This document shows positions 53,009-63,293 of a DNA stretch of 64,000 bases, one piece after another. Origin of the DNA: an uncultured Rivularia sp. GTDB lineage: Bacteria; Cyanobacteriota; Cyanobacteriia; Cyanobacteriales; Nostocaceae. Under the pieces are notes generated by a model. It searched no databases, had not been told where the DNA came from, and was given only the letters and a program-made list of their open reading frames with translations. The position numbers were made by a program, and so were the translations under genes. How positions within the stretch are numbered: the stretch's first letter is position 1; each line of letters opens with the position of its first letter. The stretch spans positions 1,696,001 to 1,760,000 of the forward strand of contig OY762007.1 in assembly GCA_963665115.1 (NCBI GenBank). Reading direction: 5' to 3'.

Positions 53009-54856
53009 TTATTTATTATCGATACAATCCATTGCTTCTACCGCTTTTCTATATCCATCTACAACTGCAATCCCATGTTTCTTAACAGAATCACTCTCGT
53101 TAGCATTACTAATTTCTGAATCAATTGGAATACTTGCACCGCCAAAATGTATTTGACCGACACGTTCAATTAATCTTTCACCTGTAAATGTTTTTGATGT
53201 AGTTGGGTCAATTTGTTTTGATGCTGTATCCAATAATCGATTAGTATTGGATGCAATTAAATTCTGTTGTTCTGTAGGTGAAAAATATTGCACCATTTCT
53301 TCACCTGTAACTTCTTCACCTTTATCTAATCGAGTAAGAAATTTTGTCCCACCAGATTTACTCTGAATAATTTTTCTCACATTAGGACGGTATGACATAA
53401 ATTGCATAGCACCAAGCGAGCGACCGCAATTACCCTTACCATCACAAAGATAATTCCCTACCGAATCGTAATTATCTTGAATATCAGAAAGAGCAGTACT
53501 CAAAGCATCGATATTAGTACCTGATAAATGTCGTTTGCTGCAACTACCTTTATTGGGTGGCAATAAACTAGATGACTTACTACTTGAAGTTATGGGAGAA
53601 TTATTGAAAGTGAATCCACTACTTTTTAATCCAGTCGGAGTAGAAGTAGAATTTTCTCCACCCCCATTTATCAAACCTAAAAATATAGCGTCTTTTTCTT
53701 GATAACTCATAAACGGAATCGGACCGATAAAATAAGGTGTACATCCCAAATCAACAAAATTATTCCGCATACAAACTCTAAAGAATAAAGCTTGGGACAT
53801 CATTCCATCGACTTCCGATACATCCCAAACCGCTACTTTAAAAGCATCACCAAACAAATGTCTTCCTGTAGGTTCTTTTCCACCATTTATTGAACCAAGA
53901 ATTCCTCTACCACCTTTGACCAACTGATACTTACCGCTAACCCAAGCTTTACCCTTAACAGATTTAGAACCAGATAGCTCTACATGAGCGCAGTCTTGTT
54001 TACAGGGTACCGCGAAACCTTCTTTCTTACTTCCAGAAATTGTTCGTTGTCGCAACTGCTCATCAGTTCCAAAAGCAACATCAACTATTCCGACTTCTCC
54101 ACCTATAGCGTTTATAGGATTGGGGAATTGGGAGAAAGGAACCGAATCTAATCCTCGAACAGAATCAATGTAAGCTCCTTGCCAATTGGAAAATACTTCA
54201 ATTGGGGTAACAGATAGTTCAGGAATGGAATCAATATTGTAAGAAGTTAAATCAACTTCAGAAAAACTAAGCTTACCCAGGTGAGGGGATTTTTTTAGTA
54301 AATTACCAATCCTTTGGCTTCCATCAATTGAGCTAGATAAATTTTGAGAAAGTAAATACTCTACAGGCTTTACCTCACCAATAGGAGTATTCTTTAACCC
54401 AGGAATTGCAGAGACTAAACTACCTAAAGTTTGTAATTTCATAACACCAAATTCTTCTAAATTAATATCTTTTGAATCAGTATTTGTAATTTGAGAAATA
54501 TCAGCCAGCGAAAACTTTTGTAATTCAAAAGAGTCCTGAAAGTCACCTAACATCATAAATTCTGAAACGTTTTGTCCTTTTCCCCAACTGCGATTGGGGT
54601 TATAACCTAACTTTTCTTGAACACCTAGAGGTGCTTGGAATGAACCATCTGTATTAATAGAAGGCATTGTAGAAAAAGTAATTTGATTCCAGTCTGGTAT
54701 ACGAGTATTCTGCCAATTAACTGTTTGGATTCGATTTTGATTATTGGATATATCTTGAGCTTGTGATGAAACAATGATTGCACCAGAAATTATTATTGAT
54801 AAACCGATACCAGAGAATAAACTAATTTTTTTATCTATACGTTTCATAACTTTCAT
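53009..54856 (-). CDS. Secreted transfer-region protein, possibly with a C-terminal lysozyme-like domain
   Basis: Signal peptide; GRSLGAMQFM motif; operon context. Confidence 0.6.
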   Translation of the reverse strand: MKVMKRIDKKISLFSGIGLSIIISGAIIVSSQAQDISNNQNRIQTVNWQNTRIPDWNQITFSTMPSINTDGSFQAPLGVQEKLGYNPNRSWGKGQNVSEFMMLGDFQDSFELQKFSLADISQITNTDSKDINLEEFGVMKLQTLGSLVSAIPGLKNTPIGEVKPVEYLLSQNLSSSIDGSQRIGNLLKKSPHLGKLSFSEVDLTSYNIDSIPELSVTPIEVFSNWQGAYIDSVRGLDSVPFSQFPNPINAIGGEVGIVDVAFGTDEQLRQRTISGSKKEGFAVPCKQDCAHVELSGSKSVKGKAWVSGKYQLVKGGRGILGSINGGKEPTGRHLFGDAFKVAVWDVSEVDGMMSQALFFRVCMRNNFVDLGCTPYFIGPIPFMSYQEKDAIFLGLINGGGENSTSTPTGLKSSGFTFNNSPITSSSKSSSLLPPNKGSCSKRHLSGTNIDALSTALSDIQDNYDSVGNYLCDGKGNCGRSLGAMQFMSYRPNVRKIIQSKSGGTKFLTRLDKGEEVTGEEMVQYFSPTEQQNLIASNTNRLLDTASKQIDPTTSKTFTGERLIERVGQIHFGGASIPIDSEISNANESDSVKKHGIAVVDGYRKAVEAMDCIDNK

Positions 54857-55583
54857 TTCCTAATTGCATTAATCTGTTAACCAACTGTAACGAAATCCCA
54901 TTTTTGCGAGCAGCTATATTTATTTGTTCTCCTGCTCGAACTAAAACTAAAAAGTTTTTAACTCTCGGAATTAAAGGAGATTTTAAAGAAATTAAACGCT
55001 GCTGTCGTGCAACAATAAATCCCCGGCTTATTAACTGTAAATTATTGATATCTGTAGTGTTTCCGAATCTATTAGTATTAAACTCTTCTTTATCATTTGT
55101 AATCTCAATTGTGTGAAATTTGGGTGTTGCATCTCCAGGAGCTACCCTAAACATATAAACCCGTCGCTTGCTACCACCTTTGGTTACTACTGTTAATAAA
55201 CTGCTATTAGATGAAGGTAATTGTTTAAAATCTAAAGGTTTAATTCTTCGCAAATGCAATACAGTTGCACCATTATCTTCTTCACATTCTTTCCCCAATC
55301 CAGATAAACAACCGTCAACATCTAAAGAAGCAATACCAGGGTTATCTAACCATACTTTCTCTATTGTTTCACCAGTAGAAATAAATGAAATATTGACTCC
55401 ATATCCAGGAGATAATTTAATCAACGGTATTGCGCTTTTACTATTTCCAGTTGCAACTGTACTGCTTATTCGCTTGACACTAAAATTTATTTCACCAGCG
55501 ATTACTTTCATTGAAATATTAGTAGAGATAATTAAGGTGAATATAGAAATTACCGCAGCTTTATTTATGATATTTTTCATCAC
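54831..55583 (-). CDS. VirB9-like T4SS protein
   Basis: Signal peptide; LSPGYGVNISF and IEKVWLDNP; position after virB10. Confidence 0.55.
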   Translation of the reverse strand: MMKNIINKAAVISIFTLIISTNISMKVIAGEINFSVKRISSTVATGNSKSAIPLIKLSPGYGVNISFISTGETIEKVWLDNPGIASLDVDGCLSGLGKECEEDNGATVLHLRRIKPLDFKQLPSSNSSLLTVVTKGGSKRRVYMFRVAPGDATPKFHTIEITNDKEEFNTNRFGNTTDINNLQLISRGFIVARQQRLISLKSPLIPRVKNFLVLVRAGEQINIAARKNGISLQLVNRLMQLGNESYETYR

Positions 55584-57529
55584 TCACTAAATTGAAAAGA
55601 TTGATTTACAAATATCTGCACCTGCGTATTGACAGGAACATACCAAACCTTTTGCTGCTGTTTAATTTCCGAAATTTTTCGTTTATTGCGCTCTACTATT
55701 TGTTCGGTAAGTGGTTCAAATCCACCTTCTAAAACAGCACCTAAAATATTAGAATTACTTCGTCTAATAGAAGAAAAACTACTGTTACCACCAAAGCCAC
55801 TTGAAGTAGAAAATTGTTCGGATTTGGGTTGATTAAGTACTTTACCAACTTTTGCAAGAGAACCAACGACAAATGTTTCTGCATCCCGTGTGGCAATACC
55901 TTTACCTTTTGAACCTCGTTTTGATGCTATTAAAGGATTGCCCTTATTTCCACGAATACTGATTGCTTGTTTGGGAAGAATGTATTGCTTACCATTAATA
56001 ATAATTTGTTGCGCTTGAAGTTGTACTAACCCTGACTCTTGAATGTTTTTAATAGTCGTAACAATTTGAGTATTTTTGGGAATAGTAATAAAACCATTTT
56101 TATCTTTAAGTGGTTCGGTAGTTTGAATAATAAAGTTTTCTGGTTTATTAAAATTTTGTTGTTTATGGGTAGTATCTTCAGTTAAGCTTTTATCCCACAT
56201 CAAGGGTGTAGTTATTCTTCCAGCTACAGTAGAACCGATTCTGAAGGCAGGAGGCAGGGGGCAGGAGGCAGAAGGGTAGGAAGAAGATTTATTAATACAA
56301 GAAAATTCTGAACTATCTACTTGTCCAATTGATATATTTCTCCTTTCATTTAATATTCGAGCTTCTTCTGTATAAAGTGGTTCAGGATATACATTGCAAG
56401 ATATGGATGAGTAGCATATCCCTTTTCCTTTATTCCTCCTCCTGCCTTCTGCCATCTGCCTCCTGCCTTCTCCAACCATTAGAGGTGTAGCTGATGGTAT
56501 CGTCGTAGGTAAAACTGGCTTTTCATCTACTGTAGGCTTAACTTCCTTTTGACTTATCTGTTCGTTCTTATCTTCAGTAACAGATGTAATTTGTGCAGTA
56601 CCATAGCTTCCTAATTGATTAACAGCTAACCATTGCTGTGTCGGGTCAATTTCGGATGCTTTTTCAAGTATAGCTGGTGGAGGTGGTGGTGGTATTCTTC
56701 TTACGGGAGAAGTTATTAGTGGTGGGTTTGGTTTGATTGTAGCTTTGGGAGGAGCAGTAGGTAACGCTTTATTATTACTGTTGTACGAGCGAGCAGGATA
56801 ATTATTTTGCACTGTTCGACGAGGAATCGTTCTATAAACTGGTGTTCGACTTACAACTGGTGGTCTTTCAACTGAAGCTGTGCTTTTCCTATTCGTATTA
56901 ATGTTCGCTTCGTTCAATTTTTGTGGAGTTTGAGAATTCGTTTTCGGAATAGGTGTTTTAGTATTTTCTGATTCTGAGGAGACAGATTTAATTTTCTCTC
57001 TTTGAGTTGATAATGCTAATTCGGCTTTTAATTTCCCGTTTTCGTTTTCTATTGGTTTAGTATTTTCTTCAAAAAGTACTCTCGGTTTTTCAGCTTTTTT
57101 ATCTGAAATCAGGGGTGTAGTTCTTGGTTTACCAGAAATAATAGTATTAAGGAAAGTGGCTCCTGTACCAAAAACAATTAGTAATATAAAGCCTACTGCA
57201 CCAAACTTAGCAAAGGGATTAGTTGCAAAAGTTGGTTGAGTTTTACCATTATGTGGGTCATCAAATAATTCATGAGTATCAACTACATTATTATTTGAAT
57301 CATTAGCATCTGTATCGTTTACTTCTTGTTCGTTATTGCTTGTTGGCTCCTCTTCATCAATCGTTTCTATCTCAGTTTTAGAGACAGTATTATCTTTATT
57401 CTCAGAATCATCATAACCAAGCAATTTAGCTAAACTTTCTTCATCCCAATTAGTTGAAGATTCTTGACTTTCTTGTTGATTGTTTTCTTTGACAACATTT
57501 TCACTCGAATTTAGATTATCATTCATCAT
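55580..57529 (-). CDS. virB10: TrbI/VirB10-like T4SS protein
   Basis: Transmembrane segment, Pro-rich linker, C-terminal IRGNKGNPLIA...VQIFVNQSF. Confidence 0.75.
   Translation of the reverse strand: MMNDNLNSSENVVKENNQQESQESSTNWDEESLAKLLGYDDSENKDNTVSKTEIETIDEEEPTSNNEQEVNDTDANDSNNNVVDTHELFDDPHNGKTQPTFATNPFAKFGAVGFILLIVFGTGATFLNTIISGKPRTTPLISDKKAEKPRVLFEENTKPIENENGKLKAELALSTQREKIKSVSSESENTKTPIPKTNSQTPQKLNEANINTNRKSTASVERPPVVSRTPVYRTIPRRTVQNNYPARSYNSNNKALPTAPPKATIKPNPPLITSPVRRIPPPPPPAILEKASEIDPTQQWLAVNQLGSYGTAQITSVTEDKNEQISQKEVKPTVDEKPVLPTTIPSATPLMVGEGRRQMAEGRRRNKGKGICYSSISCNVYPEPLYTEEARILNERRNISIGQVDSSEFSCINKSSSYPSASCPLPPAFRIGSTVAGRITTPLMWDKSLTEDTTHKQQNFNKPENFIIQTTEPLKDKNGFITIPKNTQIVTTIKNIQESGLVQLQAQQIIINGKQYILPKQAISIRGNKGNPLIASKRGSKGKGIATRDAETFVVGSLAKVGKVLNQPKSEQFSTSSGFGGNSSFSSIRRSNSNILGAVLEGGFEPLTEQIVERNKRKISEIKQQQKVWYVPVNTQVQIFVNQSFQFSE
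56243..56470. repeat. Inverted pair of heptamer arms inside virB10, in frame
   Basis: Arms at 56243-56277 and 56436-56470; span 228 bp. Confidence 0.85.
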
Positions 57530-58353
57530 AGATTCTCCTGTGGTAAATCTCGTATTGCATAAATTTCTAAACCGCTAGAACGTACTTGATAAACTACTGC
57601 TGCAAGTCCATCATTTTTCGATGGAGATGAAGGAGCTTCTACCGCTTGGACAAATATTTATTTATTGAAAGGAATTACTTCTCCTAACTTATTACTTTGT
57701 TCAAACATGGTAAGGTTAGCAATCATTCTTACTTTCCATTTACCTTCAGCTATTTTTACTGGTTGTTGAAAATATTGTGGAACAAAAACTACTTGGGTTT
57801 TTCCTTTAAACACTCTTGAAGGTGTTATATCGGCTAATAATTCTAAAAACTCTTTCCGGAAATCTGACGATAAAGCGTAGGATGCTTGCCATGCTCCATG
57901 AGTTACTTTACCTCTACTATTACTGATTGAACTAATATCTACACCACTGTCGAGTTTTGGTTCCACTGCATCTTCGACTGTCGTAGCGGGTAAATTCCCC
58001 GACCAATTCATCATTAAGCTCATTGTGTCGGAAACAAAGCGTAATACTACTTGGGGAGTGCGTTCTAAGCTTCCTAATTGAGCAACTTTAATTGATTTCC
58101 CACTTTCTAATTGAACTAAACTTGGAGGTGCCTTTTTACTTAATTGAGAATAGGAACCGTACAACAAAAATAGGATTACAAAAGCTAGAAGATGTAATAA
58201 GAAAGTACCGACAGTGAATAATGCTAAAGTATCACTTCTAGAAAAACGAGTTGTAGTGCGATTTAAAAATTTTAAACGTCTGTCTTCTGTTTGAGAATTT
58301 AAGTTTTTATTAATTGCCATAAACTGACCTATTACTGCTCTATTTTTTGACAA
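57526..58353 (-). pseudogene. VirB8-like T4SS protein with an in-frame TAA at 57658-57660
   Basis: PSLVQLESGK motif; reading continues FNK*IFVQAVEAP...GLEIYAIRDL to 57526. Confidence 0.65.
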
Positions 58354-59488
58354 ACCCAGTCACAATAGAAGATAATCCCAAACTCGCAATACTTGAAAAA
58401 CTCCTTAAAACTGCCATACCTCCACCTACAGCTAATACAACAGATAAAATCGGAGCAAGAATACCAATTGCAAATGCAAAAATCATCGGGTCATTATTAT
58501 CGGCATTCATAACTAACGTCGCAACTAAACCAGAAATGATATTGAAACTAAGTTTTACCATTCCTACCGAGAAGAAGCCCGTTAACCAAGCGAAAATAGC
58601 TTTATTTCCTACAGGTAATAATGAGCCTCCGACAGCAAGAGGTCCTAGTAATGCACTCAGTAACATAGAAACTTCTATAATCCATTGGAAGGCAATACTA
58701 AAAGCTAATAACAATCCTCTTACTGTTAATTGAAAAATATTAGTGTTGAAAAAATCATTGATACCTTCAAGAAAATTGGAATCGTTATTATCAATTTGAG
58801 ATTCGATTTGTTGCGCTTGTTTCTGGGCATTTTCCAAGCATTCCGTTTGTTGAGTCGGGTCAGCGATGGCGTTACATTGAGTAATTAATGTTCTTATTGC
58901 TTCTGATTTACCATTTTTGAGCATGACTCTTTGATAGGCTTCTTGCAACTGAATGGAAGCAGATGTAGTCGAGAGTAATGTTTGATTTGTTTGATTGATG
59001 ATAGCTCTAAGTCCAAGAGTCGCTTCGGATAAAAGTTTGGCGTTATTAGTCAGCAAAACTATTACAACTAACGGCCAGATGATTTCTGAGAAAGCTTTGC
59101 TGTTGTCACCATCTACCATCTCTCTCGTCCACTGCACCATGAAAATCAACAAAGTTCCGACAGCAAAGAAAATTCCAAGATTGGCGATCGCACTATACAA
59201 TCCCCCACCAAGTACGTCATCCCACAGCTTGTCCACTGACTGAGCAACAGCTTCACTCGCGGCAATTCCATCTTCTGTAATGGTAGAAGCTGCTTGCCCA
59301 GGATTTGGATTGTTAGCGAAGGCAGGAGGCAGGAGGCAGAGGGCAGGAGGTAGAAATAGGAAGGAAGAAGGTAGTAAAATCAATGAATCCTTCAAACTTC
59401 TGCCTTCAAACTCATGAGTTATAGAGAACAATTTATTTGGAAACGCGGTATTCAGTTGGCAATTAACTGTTATCGGTTGACTGAACAT
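58340..59488 (-). CDS. VirB6-like polytopic membrane protein (start uncertain; TTG at 59383 plausible)
   Basis: Several transmembrane segments; LLGPLAVGGSLLP and FAWLTGF motifs. Confidence 0.7.
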   Translation of the reverse strand: MFSQPITVNCQLNTAFPNKLFSITHEFEGRSLKDSLILLPSSFLFLPPALCLLPPAFANNPNPGQAASTITEDGIAASEAVAQSVDKLWDDVLGGGLYSAIANLGIFFAVGTLLIFMVQWTREMVDGDNSKAFSEIIWPLVVIVLLTNNAKLLSEATLGLRAIINQTNQTLLSTTSASIQLQEAYQRVMLKNGKSEAIRTLITQCNAIADPTQQTECLENAQKQAQQIESQIDNNDSNFLEGINDFFNTNIFQLTVRGLLLAFSIAFQWIIEVSMLLSALLGPLAVGGSLLPVGNKAIFAWLTGFFSVGMVKLSFNIISGLVATLVMNADNNDPMIFAFAIGILAPILSVVLAVGGGMAVLRSFSSIASLGLSSIVTGFVKK

Positions 59489-59834
59489 TTTCCCAAATCT
59501 GAACTTTATGGTTTAACAAGTCAAATTAGACGTTCCGCTGTTTCGGTTCCTTCAAATATTGCAGAAGGATATGGTAGGAGAACAACGAAAGAATATATTC
59601 AATTTCTTCATATAGCGTTAGGCTCTCTTAGAGAACTAGATACCCAGTTAATTATTGCTAAAGAAGTTAATTTGGCTGAGACTGAATTTTTTACTTCTTT
59701 GTTGAAAGAAGTTGACCAACTTCAAGGAATCATGGTGTCTACAATCCAAAAGATAAAAACTTGATTTATTAGTTTCTTCTTCTTCCTCCTTCCTTCTCTT
59801 ACCTCCTGCCTTCTGCCTACTGCCTCCTGCCTTC
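59318..59834. mobile_element. Four-helix-bundle cassette with 35-bp inverted heptamer arms
   Basis: 59318-59352 and 59800-59834 are reverse complements with 2 mismatches. Confidence 0.78.
59414..59764 (+). CDS. Four-helix bundle protein (23S rRNA IVP family), antisense to the transfer operon
   Basis: FPKSELYGLTSQIRRSAVSVPSNIAEG and FLHIALGSLRELDTQL motifs. Confidence 0.94.
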   Translation: MSYREQFIWKRGIQLAINCYRLTEHFPKSELYGLTSQIRRSAVSVPSNIAEGYGRRTTKEYIQFLHIALGSLRELDTQLIIAKEVNLAETEFFTSLLKEVDQLQGIMVSTIQKIKT

Positions 59835-60544
59835 TAAAACAAACGTGCTTGTGACGCTGTACGTAGATTGCTAAAACCCTGTCCTACAATTTCTTTCTGA
59901 CGTGCTTGGTTTTGACCATCTAACGACCTTGAAATATTGGTCAAATTTAGATTTGCTAAATCTTGTGATTGCTTAGATTTCAAGCCGTCCGCACGCATTG
60001 CTCCTAAAATCGCTGCGGTTGATGTATTCTGTTGGGCAATTCGCTTCATCACATTTTGCGTGACTACCTCGTCTTGAGCAGCGGCTGAGTAAATTTGAAC
60101 TCTTTCAATAGAATTTTGGGTTTTCTCAACTTCTTTATTAGTAAGCTTTTGACCATTTTTACTCAATGTACTATCCACAACAGCACGAGTAATTTGACGG
60201 TCTACTTCATTTGTGGCTTGCTCTACGGTATTAATGGCAGTATCTGAAGTTGCTGCGATATTTTCAACTTCCGTGCGAGCTTCAATAGCGTCCGGTAAAC
60301 CTAATACACCAAGCGTTTCATTAATAGCCGCTTCTATATCTTTCCCCAAAGATAAAGTAATCGGTTCTAGTTTACTTTCGAGTACGGATTCAACATAGTT
60401 GTCTATTGATTGCAACTCCTGTTTTAATTGGTTAATAGTATTGAAAATAAATGGTATTGATGAAGCTTGAGCGTGGCTTATTCCTAAAATAGAAATAACT
60501 ATAGCTCCCCCTAATCCAAAAAATACCAATTTTCTTTTCTTCAT
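59834..60544 (-). CDS. Secreted T4SS protein (VirB5-like position)
   Basis: Signal peptide ending AQA; VTQNVMK and NLTNIS; operon context. Confidence 0.6.
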   Translation of the reverse strand: MKKRKLVFFGLGGAIVISILGISHAQASSIPFIFNTINQLKQELQSIDNYVESVLESKLEPITLSLGKDIEAAINETLGVLGLPDAIEARTEVENIAATSDTAINTVEQATNEVDRQITRAVVDSTLSKNGQKLTNKEVEKTQNSIERVQIYSAAAQDEVVTQNVMKRIAQQNTSTAAILGAMRADGLKSKQSQDLANLNLTNISRSLDGQNQARQKEIVGQGFSNLRTASQARLF

Positions 60545-60566
60545 AATAATTATTCCTATTATTGAT

Positions 60567-63293
60567 TTACAGTGCAGTTACCAATTGCTTAGAAAACTCA
60601 GTCACAGCTACAAATTTATCTGAATATTTCTTCATAGCAGCAGTTCTATACTCTTGCTCTATGGGATTATTGGCTACTATTGCTAATAAATTAAATGGTG
60701 GATAATAACGAGTACCTGTAAAAATCCCGTTATCATCTAATAACCATTGAGAATAAAATCCTTCCTTTTTTGGAAAAAAGCTTTCTGTTGCATTACAAGC
60801 AATTATCGATTGCGGATATTTCAATATCGAAATGAAACTATCTACAGCGTTGGGTTGAATACGTCCTATAAGTCGTGTAGTTAAATTCTGAAATATCTTT
60901 GCTCCTGATGGAGACTGAGCAATACTTTCTGGGTCTTGGGCTGATAATATTACTCTTATTCCTGCTTTTGCTCCATTTGCACAAAGTCTTCCAACTAAAG
61001 CTGCAATTGAGTCATATTCAAATAAGATGGGACTTTCATCAATAAAGAACACGCTTGCTTTCTCTGACAATGCTCGCCGCAATGCAGCACTGTAAGCACT
61101 CAAACTTAAGATTGCAGCATCGTCATCGTTGGAAAGGTTACGCAATGCGAAAATCAGCAGTCGCGCATCGCTACGAAAGGTGGAAGGTTGAGCTAGGGAT
61201 TGTCCAACTTTTGAGGAAAGCCAGAATCGCAAACGCAATAAAATTGTTTCTAATGCGGCTTTAGTATCACCACTCATCGAATCTAATCGCAGTCTTTCGT
61301 GGGAGCAATAACTTAAAAAGTCATGCAGGGTAGGCATTGTAGACCATTCAGGGGAACCAAAGCCGTTCACGTATGCAGCAGCATATCTATCGCGTATCAA
61401 ATCATCTTCAAAGAAAGCTTTGAGTCCTAATGCCAAGATAGAACGCACGGTATCGGTTAATGTTTGCGACTCTGCACTACTAGAACCCCGACGGCTACCT
61501 ACAATCATTGTTAGTAAAGCAGTTGCAAGGAAATCTTTGTAATCGGAAAACCTTTCTTGCTGCAATTTGGGTGGAAGGGAACGTAAGTTGGGTAGTTCAA
61601 ATAAATTACTTGATTCCTTACCGATATCGAAGTAAGCTCCATCGTCACCCATAAATTTAGTGTAATCTGTGAAAGTGCTTGTCCCATCAGGTTTTGGGTA
61701 GTCCATCGCTACCACGGGCATTCCATGAGCTAAAGCTTGGGTTATAATACCTGATGCCAATACGCTTTTTCCGGCGCGGGTGGTAGCAAATAATCCTAAA
61801 TTCTTATGTTGAGTGTACAAGTTTAGAAATACTGGCGTTCCCCCCGCAGAAGCAATCAATTCAAAACCGTCATCATCACCTTTTCTTGTCCTGACTAAAG
61901 GCAAAAGTCCCGGCACTTCTCCACTCAGGTAAACCAGTCTTCGATTAAAGGGAACTGTCATTAAACGTTCCCAGGTGATAGGTAGAGTTTGCAACCAAAT
62001 TCGCCAGGGATATTCGGTTTCTCTTACTACCCATGCGGGACGAAGAAAACTTGATTGTAAGTAACGACAAGCCTCATCTAATTGTTCGCGGGTATCTCGA
62101 TAAACCAAAAATACTACCGCAGTATGAATGGGGACGGCTCCTTCGTAAAGTTCTGACTGCGCGTCGATTGATTTTTTGATATTAAGTAGAGATTTTACGT
62201 CAACCGAATTCTTTTGTTGAGCAATCGCAGCACTTGTATTTGACTGTTTCGTAAGACGCTGCATATTGGTTTTCACCAATGTTTCATTCGCACGCATCAA
62301 TTGACAGTAAATTTCGGTGTCGTAAATTCTTTCCTTCGATAACACGGACCATAGATACTGCATTTGTCGTTCTTTATCAGTCCAACCACCGGGTTTTTCT
62401 ACAAAGGTAAGCGCCCCTATATATTTTCCTTTTAGATGCACCCAGCGTTTGTCTGCCACAGGAATAGAAGAATCGGATTCCATTAACAGAGATTTGGGGG
62501 CAATATCTGAGTAAATTTCTTCATGTAATCCGTCAGAGTTGAGAACTAAAAGTTGGGGGATTGGGCGCGGTGGTGTGTCATTAAAACGTTGCCATAAAAT
62601 TGTCCAAAGTTCTTCTGCACTCAGTGGACGAATATTCAAACCCATTTTATTGGAAAGCAACTGCTCCCAAAGTTGGTAGCCATCGGTAAAAGATGAATAT
62701 AGTAAGCGCTCAATCCGAACAAATTGTAATTCGTTAATTTCCCCAGTGAATGACTTCCATAAACGCTCTAACTTTGAAAGCCCTTTTTCTATCGCATCGC
62801 TTGCACCGTTAGTATCTTGTTCGATTGTGTAGGTGCAATACAAACGTAGAATTTTGGGTTTACGGATGCCCTTTTGTGTTAATTGTTTGATGCGAGCGCG
62901 TTCGCCCATCAAAAGGTATTGTAATTCTAGGTTTGGGGCGTTATTGCTTAAGTTTTTTAGTTGTTGCTGTCGATTCGTATCGTTGGTAAATGAACTTAAA
63001 TGAATTGTCAGACGTTCCCCGGATGGTAAATCTTTCAACCCCGATTCAATTGCATCAAATACTGGAGATATTTGTTCGCTACGTAATGTTGAATGAATCC
63101 CCCCGCACTCGAAGCCGAAGTGAATCATAAAATTGTTGGCACCTTTTCTCAAAACGTAGGCTCCAACAGAGCGTCCTTGCAGGTTTATCTGCAACATTGA
63201 TACTAAGGATAAAGCATCTTCTAACGGTGTTAAACGAATTTTATCTGTACCGTTATCAACTATCCGTTTACCTACTTTTGATTGAACGCTCAT
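60567..63293 (-). CDS. virB4: VirB4-like conjugative ATPase
   Basis: 908 aa; ATTRAGKS Walker A, FFIDESP Walker B, ILSAQD. Confidence 0.85.
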   Translation of the reverse strand: MSVQSKVGKRIVDNGTDKIRLTPLEDALSLVSMLQINLQGRSVGAYVLRKGANNFMIHFGFECGGIHSTLRSEQISPVFDAIESGLKDLPSGERLTIHLSSFTNDTNRQQQLKNLSNNAPNLELQYLLMGERARIKQLTQKGIRKPKILRLYCTYTIEQDTNGASDAIEKGLSKLERLWKSFTGEINELQFVRIERLLYSSFTDGYQLWEQLLSNKMGLNIRPLSAEELWTILWQRFNDTPPRPIPQLLVLNSDGLHEEIYSDIAPKSLLMESDSSIPVADKRWVHLKGKYIGALTFVEKPGGWTDKERQMQYLWSVLSKERIYDTEIYCQLMRANETLVKTNMQRLTKQSNTSAAIAQQKNSVDVKSLLNIKKSIDAQSELYEGAVPIHTAVVFLVYRDTREQLDEACRYLQSSFLRPAWVVRETEYPWRIWLQTLPITWERLMTVPFNRRLVYLSGEVPGLLPLVRTRKGDDDGFELIASAGGTPVFLNLYTQHKNLGLFATTRAGKSVLASGIITQALAHGMPVVAMDYPKPDGTSTFTDYTKFMGDDGAYFDIGKESSNLFELPNLRSLPPKLQQERFSDYKDFLATALLTMIVGSRRGSSSAESQTLTDTVRSILALGLKAFFEDDLIRDRYAAAYVNGFGSPEWSTMPTLHDFLSYCSHERLRLDSMSGDTKAALETILLRLRFWLSSKVGQSLAQPSTFRSDARLLIFALRNLSNDDDAAILSLSAYSAALRRALSEKASVFFIDESPILFEYDSIAALVGRLCANGAKAGIRVILSAQDPESIAQSPSGAKIFQNLTTRLIGRIQPNAVDSFISILKYPQSIIACNATESFFPKKEGFYSQWLLDDNGIFTGTRYYPPFNLLAIVANNPIEQEYRTAAMKKYSDKFVAVTEFSKQLVTAL

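Noticed and set aside
54904..61264. Plus-strand ORFs within the T4SS operon other than 59414..59764
   Set aside because: Antisense shadows of longer minus-strand genes with no recognisable motifs
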